DNA of 64,000 nucleotides from an uncultured bacterium (GTDB taxonomy: Bacteria > Fermentibacterota > Fermentibacteria > Fermentibacterales > JCC-6), in assembly GCA_964604135.1 (NCBI GenBank), contig CAZRXU010000001.1, positions 16,535 to 80,534 on the forward strand, read 5' to 3'. Positions 1 through 10,129 of this stretch are shown in pieces. A program made the position numbers and the translations under genes. The notes beneath the pieces were generated by a model that was given only the letters and a program-made list of their open reading frames with translations, made no database searches and was not told the origin of the DNA. Each line of letters opens with the position of its first letter. The first letter of the stretch is position 1.

Positions 1-24
1 GGTTTCGGCGAAGAGATGATTTAG

Positions 25-1788
25 ATGTTTTTCAAAGGTGTTCCCGCTTCACACGGTATAGCCATTGGGCCTGCTTTTCTGTTAAAAGTTGAAGAGCTGA
101 GGCACGCAAAACGATTTCTGGAATCGTTTGAGCAGGCTGAGTTTGAGGTAAAAAGATTTCAAGGTGCTGTTTCTTCCGTTCGCCATGATCTTGAAAACAT
201 TGCTGATACCATGGGGGATGTTGTAGAGGGTCGTCAGATTCTTGAATTCCTTCTGCTTCTGCTTCAGGATCCCACGATTAAAAGAGATGTTGAAAGCAGA
301 ATTCAGGATGAGCTGGTTAATGCCGAATACGCAGTAAGCGCAGCGCTGCGCTGTGTTATGGAAAAATTTGAGGTTATGGCCGATCCGTACATCCGCGAAA
401 GGATTGCAGATGTAAGAGATGTGGGTCGCAGGGTTATCGAGAAACTGACAGGTACAGAGAAGGATGTTCTCTACGAGTTGAAAGAGCCTGTGGTTCTTGT
501 GGCAAAAGATCTTGACCCGTCTGAAACCGCCGGATTGAAACCCGGGCAGATACTGGCTTTTGTTACAGATATGGGGGGAAGAACATCCCACACCACCATT
601 CTGGCCCGTGCCCTTGGCATACCTGCCGTGGTTGGTCTTCAAAGAATTACCACCGAAATTAATCCCCGTGACGTGCTCATAGTGGATGGAATACACGGGC
701 ACGTAATTGTTAATCCCACTGAAACAGAGCTTCGTTACTATGCCGGTCTCAGGAAGAAGTTTCAGAAAGCCGAGAAACTGCTTCAGGAGCAGAATCAGGA
801 GCCTGCCGTTACTGAAGACGGTGTTCGAATCGAGCTGGCGGCAAACATCGAGCTTCCATACGAGGTTGAGCTCGTGAACAAACTGGGGGCTGATGGTATA
901 GGTCTGTTCAGAACGGAGTTTCTCAGGCTTGTTCAGGAAAATGGTGAGAGCGAGGAAGACCATTTTGCCATCTATGACGAAGTGGCTTCCCGGCTGAAAC
1001 CGAAACCTGTGATAATAAGAACCTATGATTTGGGTGGAGACAAGTTCAGAACCGGTCTGAATTCCGCACCGGAAGCCAATCCCTTTCTGGGTTACCGTGC
1101 CGTAAGAATTGGTCTTGACAGACCTGAAGAGTTTTCAATTCAGCTGAGAGCTATTTTAAGAGCTTCCGTTCACGGTAACGTACGGCTGATGTTTCCAATG
1201 GTTACCCATGTGGAGCAGCTGCGCAGATTAAGATATCTGCTTGAGAAAGTAAAGGATGAATTACGCGCGGATGAAATTCCATTCGATAGCGAAATGCTTG
1301 TGGGAATAATGGTAGAGACCCCGGCAACGGTTATAGCTCTTGATCTTATGCTGCCCTACGCAGATTTTGTTTCCATTGGAACCAACGATCTCACACAGTA
1401 TTCTCTGGCGGTTGACAGGGGAAATCCCAGGGTGGCCGATCTTTACGATTCATTCCACCCGGCAGTTCTTCGTCAGATTGATACTGTGGTCAGGCAGTGC
1501 CACAGTCACGGAAAATGGGTTGGAGTGTGTGGCTCTATGGCAGGTAACCCACTGGCTGTTCCTCTGATGATCGGATTTGGGGTGGATGAGTTGAGTGTTG
1601 CACCGTCCCTCATACCTGATGTAAAGAAGATGATAGGTGTTGTTTCCACGTACGCTGCCCGTGAAATGGCTGAAAAATCCCTTTTGATTGAAACGGGCCT
1701 TGGTGTTCGGGCGCTTGTTCACTCTTACGTTATAGGAAAATATCCGGAGATTCTTCTGGATGAGAATGACTGGAAAACAGGAGGCTGA
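25..1788 (+). CDS. ptsI: Phosphoenolpyruvate-protein phosphotransferase (PTS enzyme I)
   Basis: GGRTSHTTILAR phospho-His motif, GIGLFRTEF, EANPFLGYRAVR, SIGTNDLTQY, VGVCG. Confidence 0.96.
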   Translation: MFFKGVPASHGIAIGPAFLLKVEELRHAKRFLESFEQAEFEVKRFQGAVSSVRHDLENIADTMGDVVEGRQILEFLLLLLQDPTIKRDVESRIQDELVNAEYAVSAALRCVMEKFEVMADPYIRERIADVRDVGRRVIEKLTGTEKDVLYELKEPVVLVAKDLDPSETAGLKPGQILAFVTDMGGRTSHTTILARALGIPAVVGLQRITTEINPRDVLIVDGIHGHVIVNPTETELRYYAGLRKKFQKAEKLLQEQNQEPAVTEDGVRIELAANIELPYEVELVNKLGADGIGLFRTEFLRLVQENGESEEDHFAIYDEVASRLKPKPVIIRTYDLGGDKFRTGLNSAPEANPFLGYRAVRIGLDRPEEFSIQLRAILRASVHGNVRLMFPMVTHVEQLRRLRYLLEKVKDELRADEIPFDSEMLVGIMVETPATVIALDLMLPYADFVSIGTNDLTQYSLAVDRGNPRVADLYDSFHPAVLRQIDTVVRQCHSHGKWVGVCGSMAGNPLAVPLMIGFGVDELSVAPSLIPDVKKMIGVVSTYAAREMAEKSLLIETGLGVRALVHSYVIGKYPEILLDENDWKTGG

Positions 1789-1793
1789 TCCAG

Positions 1794-2774
1794 ATGCACT
1801 GTATAATACCTGCCGCTGGCAAGGGAACCAGAATGAGGCCGCTTACATGGTCTCTGCCAAAACCTCTTATACCGGTTGCCGGACGACCGGTACTGGCCCA
1901 CGTGATAGATTCACTTCTCGATGCGGATGTAGACCATATCACGCTTATAACAGGCTATCTTGGAGATGCCATAGTTTCATGGGCCCGGAAGGAATATCCG
2001 GGAATAAGAATAGATTTCGCAGAACAGAAAAAACCTGATGGTCTTGCTTCTGCAGTTCTGCTGGCGGAGCCGTATGTTGAAGATGGCCCTCTGATGGTTG
2101 TTCTGGGCGATACACTTTTTTCCGCAGATCTGTCTGTTCTGCGGGGAGAAACCAGGAACATGATTGTAGCATCCCCAGTGGAAGATCCTTCAAGGTTCGG
2201 TGTGGTTGTTATGGACGGAGATGAAGTTTCAGAACTGGTGGAAAAACCCTCTGAACCTGTAAGCAATCTGGCCATAGTTGGCGTGTACTACTTCTCAGAC
2301 GGAAAAAAGATAATGCAGAGCTGCCGTTACCTGAGGCAGAAAAATATTACAACAAAAGGAGAGTACCAGCTTACAGACGCCATGCAGCTCATGCTTAAGA
2401 ACAGCGAACCATTTGGCATACTGGATATAGACGGGTGGTTTGACTGCGGTAAACCGGAGACCCTTTTAGAAACCAACCGTGTGCTTCTGGAGAGGAATGG
2501 TAGTTCCGGCTCTCCTGTTCTTGAGAATTCTGTGGTTATTGCCCCGTGCTTTTTCGGCGAAGCAACTGTTATCAGAAACTCTGTTGTGGGGCCGTGGTTT
2601 TCCGGCGGCGCTGGTGTTCAGATACAGAACTCAGTGATTACAGATACAATTGCTGGTAAGGGTTCACAGTTCAGAAATGTGATAATGAAGGAATCTGTTA
2701 CAGGGGAAAGGTCTGTTGTACAGGGCACCGCAGCCCGAATGTACACAGGTGACGATTCTTTTGCGGAGACATAG
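1794..2774 (+). CDS. Sugar-phosphate nucleotidyltransferase (glucose-1-phosphate thymidylyltransferase, long form)
   Basis: IIPAAGKGTRMRP..PKPL, LGD, VEKP, GEYQLTDA, WFDCG; C-terminal left-handed beta-helix-like repeats. Confidence 0.88.
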   Translation: MHCIIPAAGKGTRMRPLTWSLPKPLIPVAGRPVLAHVIDSLLDADVDHITLITGYLGDAIVSWARKEYPGIRIDFAEQKKPDGLASAVLLAEPYVEDGPLMVVLGDTLFSADLSVLRGETRNMIVASPVEDPSRFGVVVMDGDEVSELVEKPSEPVSNLAIVGVYYFSDGKKIMQSCRYLRQKNITTKGEYQLTDAMQLMLKNSEPFGILDIDGWFDCGKPETLLETNRVLLERNGSSGSPVLENSVVIAPCFFGEATVIRNSVVGPWFSGGAGVQIQNSVITDTIAGKGSQFRNVIMKESVTGERSVVQGTAARMYTGDDSFAET

Positions 2775-3786
2775 CAGGCGGATTGCTCTGTATGCATCTT
2801 CCACGGCCAACAGGGGAGGAACCGGTGTTTACACCGCAAGGTTGATTGAAGGGTTTAAGAAGGCAGGAATATCACAGGTCGTTCCAGTTGGGTTGTCTGG
2901 CTCTGGTTTCCCAGGGAAATTAATTTCGGAGCACGTGGGATTGCGCCGTGTTCTACGGAAACAGCACTTTGATCTGGCTCACCTTCCGGCGTTTGCTGGA
3001 GGGGTTCCAGGTGGTATGCCTTACGCCGTAACCGTTCACGATATGGCTTTTATGGCAGAACCCAGGTGGTTTCCTTTTCTAAAGTCACTGTACTACAGGC
3101 TTCACTTTCCCAAAGTAGCCGCAGGAGCTTCGGTTGTAATAGCAGACAGCGATTTTACTGTTTCGGAAATAAAGAAATATATGGGGCTTTCATCCACAAG
3201 AGTTTACCTTTCAGCACCTGAGAACACAGCTTCCGATGCCATGTTCAGAAAAGCATTCGGAATAGCAGGTGACTACATTCTTTCAACCAGTACAATAGAG
3301 CCCAGGAAGAATATCGATGCATTGCTTGAAGCTTGGCCGCAGATAAGGCAGGTGCACCCGAAAATGACACTGGTGGTCGCAGGCAGATGGGGTTGGGGCA
3401 AAAGAAAAACAAAAAAGGCATTGTTGAATACGCCAGGAGGCGTCAGGTGGATTGGGTCTGTGCGGGAACAGCTGCTTTCAAGTGCGTTTTCCGGTGCAGA
3501 ACTGCTTGTTTACCCTTCACTTTACGAAGGGTTCGGTTTGCCCCCTCTGGAGTCTGCTGCTTCCGGGGTTCCCTTTGTTACAGGGCCTGCGAAGACCCTT
3601 CAGGAGGTGTACGGAGCTGTGGCGGCGGCTATTTCAGGAAGAACATCTCAGTCTATTGTGGAAGCTGTTCTGAATGCTCTTGAAAAGAAGTATAACCCTG
3701 AAGATCTTCGACAGTTCGCCGGTAGATTTACATGCAGAGGTATGGCTGAGAACACATTCCAGGCTTACGGGGAGGCATTTCAGTGA
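2761..3786 (+). CDS. Glycosyltransferase family 4
   Basis: VTVHD, IEPRKN, YPSLYEGFGLPPLE; TTG start at 2761 chosen, start uncertain. Confidence 0.88.
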   Translation: MRRHSRRIALYASSTANRGGTGVYTARLIEGFKKAGISQVVPVGLSGSGFPGKLISEHVGLRRVLRKQHFDLAHLPAFAGGVPGGMPYAVTVHDMAFMAEPRWFPFLKSLYYRLHFPKVAAGASVVIADSDFTVSEIKKYMGLSSTRVYLSAPENTASDAMFRKAFGIAGDYILSTSTIEPRKNIDALLEAWPQIRQVHPKMTLVVAGRWGWGKRKTKKALLNTPGGVRWIGSVREQLLSSAFSGAELLVYPSLYEGFGLPPLESAASGVPFVTGPAKTLQEVYGAVAAAISGRTSQSIVEAVLNALEKKYNPEDLRQFAGRFTCRGMAENTFQAYGEAFQ

Positions 3787-4850
3787 AAGTTCTTCAGGTG
3801 TATAAAGATGTTTTTCCTGAAGTTCATGGCGGCATCGAAAGGTACATTCACGATCTGTCACAGTTTCTTGTTTCCAGAGGTCACAGTGTGGAAGTTCTGG
3901 TTACAGGTGGTGGAAACAGAGAGGTGAACGGGCTGGCTGTCAAAGGTGTGTGGTCTCCTTTGCGGGTGCTTTCAAATCCTTTGGCACCGGGCTTCAGTCG
4001 GTTTCTTTCAGAAACAGGCGCAGATGTTGTTCATTTTCATCTGCCGTTGCCCACTGCCGTGCTTGCCTGGGAAGCTGTAAAAAACAAGAAACCGTATGTA
4101 GTTACCTATCACAGCGATATTGTCCGCCAGGCTTTTGTGATGCCCGTTTACGGCCCTGTTCTTAGAAGATTTCTTGCAGGGGCACACAAAGTGATTGTTT
4201 CCTCAGACAACTACACACGAACCTCGCTGTACCTGAAATACCTGCACAACACACAGACTATACCCATCGGGGCCGATCTGGAAAGGTTCAAGCCGGATGA
4301 AACGGCAGCAAAAACCTACTATCTGTTCGTGGGAAGGTTCAGAAGATACAAAGGGATTTTTGTTCTTCTGGATGCCTGGCGGATGATGGAGAACCCTCCA
4401 GATCTCATCCTGGCCGGGGGAGGCGGGCTTGTGAAGAAGGTATACGCATTTATTGAGAAACACAAACTGCCGGTTACTGTTGTAAGCGATGTTGCAGACC
4501 AAAAACTTGTTGCTCTGTACCAGGGAGCAAAAGCTCTTATTCTTCCGTCCACACAGCGCAGTGAAGCCTTTGGAATGGTGCAGGTTGAGGCAATGGCCTG
4601 TGGTACGGCGGTGATTAGCAGCAACCTTCCTACAGGTGTGTCATGGGTAAACCGTCATGGTGAAACTGGTTTGCTTTTTACCCCCGGGGATTCATCTGAT
4701 CTGTGCCGGGCTGTAGCCAGTTTCGAAGAATTGAATACCACCAGAGCCACAATGTACACTCAGGCCAGAAGAAGGGCAGAAGCTCTTTTCAACTCTGGAA
4801 CACTCCTTAAGAAGGTTGAAGAATGCCTGATAGAAGCAACCGGGATCTAA
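3783..4850 (+). CDS. Glycosyltransferase family 4
   Basis: GGIE, VTYHSDIV, FVGR..YKG, SEAFGMVQVEAMACG. Confidence 0.9.
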   Translation: MKVLQVYKDVFPEVHGGIERYIHDLSQFLVSRGHSVEVLVTGGGNREVNGLAVKGVWSPLRVLSNPLAPGFSRFLSETGADVVHFHLPLPTAVLAWEAVKNKKPYVVTYHSDIVRQAFVMPVYGPVLRRFLAGAHKVIVSSDNYTRTSLYLKYLHNTQTIPIGADLERFKPDETAAKTYYLFVGRFRRYKGIFVLLDAWRMMENPPDLILAGGGGLVKKVYAFIEKHKLPVTVVSDVADQKLVALYQGAKALILPSTQRSEAFGMVQVEAMACGTAVISSNLPTGVSWVNRHGETGLLFTPGDSSDLCRAVASFEELNTTRATMYTQARRRAEALFNSGTLLKKVEECLIEATGI

Positions 4851-5341
4851 CGGTTCTTGTGTTGTATGCCACTGCACTTGGGGTGATCGACAGCCTTATT
4901 CCAAAGCCTGTTCCGTTTATGAAACTGGGGCTTGCCAATGTTGCGGCGGTTATAGCCGTTGTAAGGTACGGGTTTATAAAAACACTGGAGTTGAATTTAC
5001 TAAGAGTTTTTGCTGTGGCCCTTATCACTGGATTGCTGGCAACGCCCACCTTCATTCTCTCGGTGGCGGGAGCTGTAACAAGTGCTGCTGCAATGGCAAC
5101 CATGAGGCTTGTTTTCAGGAACAGACTGTCTTGTGCCGGTGTGTCTATAGCTGGGGCTGTAGCATCTCTATGGATACAGCTGATTGTTGCAAGAATTGTT
5201 CTGCCGGGACTTCCGCTGCGGAATATTGTATTATTGCTCACATTGTGGGGAGTTATTTCGGGCACAGTTACAGGTCTGATTGCACAGATGGCTGTGTACA
5301 GGAGACGGAAAACTGAAGTGTTGCGCAAAGACGAGCGTTAA
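4823..5341 (+). CDS. Gx transporter family membrane protein (heptaprenyl diphosphate synthase component I-like)
   Basis: IPKPVPFMKLGLAN signature followed by multiple TM helices. Confidence 0.75.
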   Translation: MPDRSNRDLTVLVLYATALGVIDSLIPKPVPFMKLGLANVAAVIAVVRYGFIKTLELNLLRVFAVALITGLLATPTFILSVAGAVTSAAAMATMRLVFRNRLSCAGVSIAGAVASLWIQLIVARIVLPGLPLRNIVLLLTLWGVISGTVTGLIAQMAVYRRRKTEVLRKDER

Positions 5342-5371
5342 ATTAAGATACAGTTACAGGAAGGACAGGTT

Positions 5372-5644
5372 TTGTTAAACGGGAGATCCACAGGGTTCTG
5401 GGTTTTCATAGCTGTTGCAGGCATGATGACGGGAACGGTGTTTGGCGAGGCTGTGGGTGCCGTATTGCCAGACAATTCTGTGGCGTTGAGGCAGTTCTTC
5501 AGCGGTGGGGCCGAGTTCTCTGTGGGGCCTCTGGGCTTCGATATCTACATACTCAGGTTTCAGATTGCTGAAATCGCGGTGAAACTGAATATAATGACAT
5601 TTGCCGGTCTTCTTGCGGTGGGTGTGCTATACAAATGGTTCTGA
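5372..5644 (+). CDS. Small membrane protein (DUF4321-like)
   Basis: Two hydrophobic segments; AGGA RBS before TTG start. Confidence 0.6.
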   Translation: MLNGRSTGFWVFIAVAGMMTGTVFGEAVGAVLPDNSVALRQFFSGGAEFSVGPLGFDIYILRFQIAEIAVKLNIMTFAGLLAVGVLYKWF

Positions 5645-5662
5645 CTGCACAGGAGGGTTATT

Positions 5663-5860
5663 TTGGGTCGTATTGGAACCACAGAGCTTGTGCTGATTCT
5701 TGTGGTGCTTCTTCTTCTTTTCGGGGCAAAGAGGATTCCCGACATTGCCAGGGCAGTTGGAAGATCCATGAGTCAGTTCAAGAAGGGGTTGAAAGACGTT
5801 GATATTGAGTCAGATGAAATTGGCAGGGAAGGCAAAAATAAAGAGCAGAGCGAGGAGTAA
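5663..5860 (+). CDS. tatA: Twin-arginine translocase TatA/E
   Basis: GTTELVLILVVLLLLFGAKRIPDIARAVGRSMSQFKKG; AGGAGG RBS. Confidence 0.95.
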   Translation: MGRIGTTELVLILVVLLLLFGAKRIPDIARAVGRSMSQFKKGLKDVDIESDEIGREGKNKEQSEE

Positions 5861-5866
5861 CACTTT

Positions 5867-6469
5867 ATGGCAACTGTGAGCTACAGCGCTAAGGAAATTG
5901 ACTGCAAGATTGTGTATGCAGGCCCGGGGTTGTCAGGGAAAACAACAAATGTGAAGTATATCCACGGTCAGGTTGCTTCTGATTCAAGAGGAAAGCTGAT
6001 TTCTCTTGCCGCTGGCAACGACAGAACTCTGTTCTTTGATTTCCTCCCGCTTGATTCCGGTGAGATCAACGGTTTCAAAATCCGCCTTCACCTCTACAGT
6101 GTTCCTGGTCAGGCCATGTATTCAGACAGTCGCCGCCTGATTCTTCAGGGAGTTGACGGTATTGTTTTTGTTGCGGACTCCCAGGCATCAAGAATGGATG
6201 CTAATATTGCAAGTCTCCGGGATTTGAAAGAGAATCTCCGCAATCAGAGGAGGAAGGGTGTTAGTCTTGTTCTGCAGTGCAACAAGAGAGACTTGCACGA
6301 TGCCATACCGGTGGATGAGATTGTTCGTGAACTGGGGTTGTCTCGTGTTGCGTGTCTTGAATCTGTAGCATCTGAGGGCAAAGGCGTTTTTGAAACCCTG
6401 CGCAGGGTGAGCCGGATGGTAATAGCAAGGTTGCACAGACAATTTGAAATACTGGAGGGAAGAGCCTGA
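5867..6469 (+). CDS. mglA: MglA-family small GTPase (copy 1)
   Basis: KIVYAGPGLSGKTTN, RTLFFDFLP, LYSVPGQ, GVDGIVFVADS, NKRDL. Confidence 0.9.
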   Translation: MATVSYSAKEIDCKIVYAGPGLSGKTTNVKYIHGQVASDSRGKLISLAAGNDRTLFFDFLPLDSGEINGFKIRLHLYSVPGQAMYSDSRRLILQGVDGIVFVADSQASRMDANIASLRDLKENLRNQRRKGVSLVLQCNKRDLHDAIPVDEIVRELGLSRVACLESVASEGKGVFETLRRVSRMVIARLHRQFEILEGRA

Positions 6470-7899
6470 TGTCTGATTCTTTCGTTGATCTGCTGCTTGT
6501 GAGGCTGGGAAGGGAAGAAGAGAAGAAGAAAGTACTGAAGCTTCTTATAACAACTCTTGATCTTTCCGTGACAGAGGCTGAAAATGCGGTGAACAATTCG
6601 CCGTCCGTGATAAAAGAAGCTGTTCCTATGAATGAAGCCAGGGTTATACAGAAAGACCTCTATCCCTACATCGATCTGCTCCCGCGTCTTGAGGACGAGA
6701 CCGGCACTGATGAAGAACAACTGTCTGAAGTTGTTCTGGATTCTTCAGGAGGAACAGTTGAACCAGGTGAAACCGAGGTTGAACTTGAAGCTGAAACAGC
6801 AGATATACAGGATGATATACAGTATGATATGCAGGAAGAGATAGTTCAGCAAACTGTAGATGAAGAACCAATCGTTATTACTTCAGCGAGCGAGGAAATA
6901 CTCTCTACGGTAAGGTGTCACATCTGCGGAAGAACACCCACAGACGGCGAAAGACTTGCGCCGTGCAGAACCTGTGGAGAGCTAACCTGCAGAGACTGTT
7001 TCGACAGAGTAGCTCACGTATGCAGCCATTGTGCCAGTGACGGAAAGTCTATAGACAGACCAAACAAGGGTGTCAGTGAAGAAAAGAGGGATGGGCTGGA
7101 GTTTGATTCGGAAGAGCCTGCCAGTGGGGAAGCAGATGCCGGATCAACAGTTTTAAAAACAGTTGTTGCTGTTTTCCTGGTACTTGCTCTGGCCGCCGTG
7201 TTTTATTTCATTGATCCGTTGAACCTGTTCACAGAGGTTGCCGGGGATTCCACATCTCAAACTGGGCTGGCTTCTGCCGACACATCCGATACGGCAGGTC
7301 AGGATTCTGTAGGTACGGAAAGTACGGTATCGCTGGACTCGGCGGTTGTTGAAGAAGATACACTGGCGGTAATAGGTGATTCTTCTGCTGTTGAAGACTT
7401 TTACGGTCTGCAGTTTATCACCCTGCCGGACAGTTGTGTTCCAGCGGAGAATCCACTGTCTATCAGTTACCATACAAGAGCTCCCAGGGAAACAGGCGCG
7501 GATATTCCCGCAGAAGGCAGCGAGACAGTGTTCAGAGAGCTGGAACTGCTGGCTTCGGCAATTCCTGTAGTAATAGACGATGGAGCATTTCTGGTTTACG
7601 ATGATTCTACATCAGTTTTAGTCATGGTAATTCTTCATCCGGAAGAAACAGAGGTAAGAATTCGTCTCATGAGAGATGCAGCTGTCATGCTGGAGCGTAC
7701 AAATATTGACCAGCTGGTACTTATCTACAGAGAAAACCGGTATCAGGAGGTTGTTCTGTACAGCTTGGTGCACGAGACTTTCTCTGAGGTGGAGGGTGTT
7801 CTCAGTCCAAGACAGTTTCAGGGCATAATGGGCTACACAGAGAGTTGCTGGGAGTTTGTCAGCGGTCCTGTGGTCTTGTGGCTTTCCGCCATGGAATAA
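6469..7899 (+). CDS. Hypothetical bitopic membrane protein with L7/L12-CTD-like N-terminus, acidic linker and Cys-rich zinc finger
   Basis: LDLSVTEAENAVNNSPSVIKEAV..EA pattern; CHIC..CRTC..CRDC..CSHC; one TM (VVAVFLVLALAAVFYFI); TGATG overlap with mglA stop. Confidence 0.6.
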   Translation: MSDSFVDLLLVRLGREEEKKKVLKLLITTLDLSVTEAENAVNNSPSVIKEAVPMNEARVIQKDLYPYIDLLPRLEDETGTDEEQLSEVVLDSSGGTVEPGETEVELEAETADIQDDIQYDMQEEIVQQTVDEEPIVITSASEEILSTVRCHICGRTPTDGERLAPCRTCGELTCRDCFDRVAHVCSHCASDGKSIDRPNKGVSEEKRDGLEFDSEEPASGEADAGSTVLKTVVAVFLVLALAAVFYFIDPLNLFTEVAGDSTSQTGLASADTSDTAGQDSVGTESTVSLDSAVVEEDTLAVIGDSSAVEDFYGLQFITLPDSCVPAENPLSISYHTRAPRETGADIPAEGSETVFRELELLASAIPVVIDDGAFLVYDDSTSVLVMVILHPEETEVRIRLMRDAAVMLERTNIDQLVLIYRENRYQEVVLYSLVHETFSEVEGVLSPRQFQGIMGYTESCWEFVSGPVVLWLSAME

Positions 7900-7933
7900 T
7901 CGTTCTTACAAGAAAATCAGGAGTTTTGTATCC

Positions 7934-10129
7934 ATGCCAGGTAATACGAAGAAAAAGCTTGTTATCATAGAATCCCCAGCTAAAGCAAAGAGCTTGAAAA
8001 GCTATCTTGGCAGCGGTTGGGATGTTGTTGCTTCATATGGTCATGTAAGAGATCTGCCCCTCAACCGTCTTGGTGTAAACATCGAAACGCTCGAACCCGT
8101 TTACACGATTCTTCCAAAGAAAAGGGCCGCAGTTGCGAAGCTTAGGAAAACCGCATTAGCGTACAGCGAAATCTATCTTGCAGCGGATCCTGACCGCGAG
8201 GGAGAGGCTATCTGCTGGCACATCTATAAGCTGCTGCAGGGTAAAGGGATTTCTTTCAAGAGAATCAGGTTCAATTCTATAACAAGAGAAGCAGTTCAGG
8301 CGGCTTCCAAAACGGCATCAGATATAGATATGAACTTGGTCGATGCACAGCAGGCGAGAAGAGTGATGGATCGTCTGGTGGGTTACAAAATAAGCCCGTA
8401 TCTGTGGAGAACAGTAGGCAAAGGGCTCAGTGCTGGAAGAGTGCAGACTGTGGCTCTGAGGTTAATAACCGAAAGGGAAACAGCCATAAGAGGCTTTGTC
8501 CCCAGAGAGTTTTGGCCCATAACTGCAGAATTCAAGCAGAACAGCTCTGCATTTCAAACAAAACTGTTCAAAATAGACGGCAAAAAGGCTGACGGCGACA
8601 GGTATTCTCCTAAAAATCGTGAAGAAGCAGACAGTGTTCTCGGTCGAGCTCGCGGTGAGGGTTATTGGAAGATCAGTTCTGTGATAGAGAAGAACAAAGC
8701 AAGAAAACCTGTTCCCCCGTTTATTACAAGCTCTCTTCAGGTTGCAGCATCAGCCAGGTTGTCCATGCCGCCATCGGTTACAATGCGGCTGGCTCAGGAT
8801 CTGTATGAAGGTTTTGAAATCGATGGGGAAACTACCGGTCTTATTACGTACATGAGAACGGATTCAGTGCGAATTGAACCAGCTGCAATTGCAGACTGCC
8901 GCAGTTATGTGGAAAACAAATGGGGTATTAAGGAACTTTCGCCTAAACCAAGACGATACAGAGCCAGCGGTGGAGCCCAGGATGCCCACGAAGCCATAAG
9001 ACCTACAGATGTGAGGCGAACACCCGAAGAGATGGCTGGCATCCTGGATGACAGACACCTTAAACTCTATTCTCTTGTATGGAAAAGGTTTGTGGCTACT
9101 CAGATGGCTGATGCTGTTGTGGCTGAAACCACAGTTCTGGTTTCTGGCCGAGAGCTGTTATTCAGGGCTGCCGGACAGAAGGTTGTCAGCCTGGGATTTG
9201 CGCTGGCAGACCCGGCACAGCTTAAAATAACCGGTAAAATCCCAGAGCTTTCAGAAGGGGCCGTTGAACTTCTGGGAGTAACAGCAGAGCAGAAATTCAC
9301 AAAGCCGCAGCCCAGGTATTCTGAAGCATCATTGGTGTCTGAAATGAAGAAGAAGGCTATAGGAAGGCCTTCTACTTATGTGTCTATTTTATCAACGCTG
9401 AAAAAAAGAACCTATGTAGAAGCCCGGGAAAAGAAACTTTTCCCCACAGAAGTGGGAATGGTTACTGCAGACCTTCTTGTTAAGCTTTTTCCTCATCTGT
9501 TTGATGTTGGTTTCACTGCCACCCTTGAGGAGCTGCTCGATCTTGTGGCTTCAGGAAAAACAAGTTACAACCAGGCTGTAAGGAAACTGTATACTCCACT
9601 TGCTGCATCCCTGGAAGAGGCCATGAGACGCCTTCCCGAGATCAAAGCATCCATGGTAAAGGAAACTGCTGAGAAGTGTCCCCTTTGCGGTAAGGTGCTT
9701 CTAGAGAAGATGGGAAAATACGGCAAATTCTTGGCATGCAGCGGATTCCCATCTTGTCGGTATACACGCCCTGTGGATGAAGATTCCGCATCCACTGTGT
9801 CGGATGTCAAATGTGCAAAGTGCGGTAAAAACATGCTTCTTAGAAACGGCAGATACGGCCGATATCTTGCCTGTTCAGATCCGGCATGCGGGTATACTCA
9901 GCCTGTTCCTGTGGGCGTGAAGTGTCCTGTCCCTGACTGCAGCGGTGAGCTTGTTGAAAGGCGGTCACGCAGGGGTAAGGTGTTTTATTCATGCAGCAGA
10001 TACCCCGACTGCGACTTTGCCATGTGGAACAAGCCTGTGGCAAGGGAGTGTCCCAGGTGTGGATTTCCTCTGCTTGAAGAGAGAAAGAAAGGTGTGTTCT
10101 GTCCCAGTTGCAAGAAGAAGATAGACTGA
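7934..10129 (+). CDS. topA: DNA topoisomerase I
   Basis: IIESPAKAK, DPDREGE, SAGRVQT, ITYMRTDS, AHEAIRP, C-terminal C4 zinc ribbons. Confidence 0.97.
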   Translation: MPGNTKKKLVIIESPAKAKSLKSYLGSGWDVVASYGHVRDLPLNRLGVNIETLEPVYTILPKKRAAVAKLRKTALAYSEIYLAADPDREGEAICWHIYKLLQGKGISFKRIRFNSITREAVQAASKTASDIDMNLVDAQQARRVMDRLVGYKISPYLWRTVGKGLSAGRVQTVALRLITERETAIRGFVPREFWPITAEFKQNSSAFQTKLFKIDGKKADGDRYSPKNREEADSVLGRARGEGYWKISSVIEKNKARKPVPPFITSSLQVAASARLSMPPSVTMRLAQDLYEGFEIDGETTGLITYMRTDSVRIEPAAIADCRSYVENKWGIKELSPKPRRYRASGGAQDAHEAIRPTDVRRTPEEMAGILDDRHLKLYSLVWKRFVATQMADAVVAETTVLVSGRELLFRAAGQKVVSLGFALADPAQLKITGKIPELSEGAVELLGVTAEQKFTKPQPRYSEASLVSEMKKKAIGRPSTYVSILSTLKKRTYVEAREKKLFPTEVGMVTADLLVKLFPHLFDVGFTATLEELLDLVASGKTSYNQAVRKLYTPLAASLEEAMRRLPEIKASMVKETAEKCPLCGKVLLEKMGKYGKFLACSGFPSCRYTRPVDEDSASTVSDVKCAKCGKNMLLRNGRYGRYLACSDPACGYTQPVPVGVKCPVPDCSGELVERRSRRGKVFYSCSRYPDCDFAMWNKPVARECPRCGFPLLEERKKGVFCPSCKKKID

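Noticed and set aside
82-963. Long antisense or alternative-frame ORFs over core genes (for example 82-963, 28648-29262, 42930-43727, 57916-58797)
   Set aside because: They overlap well-supported genes and have no motifs.
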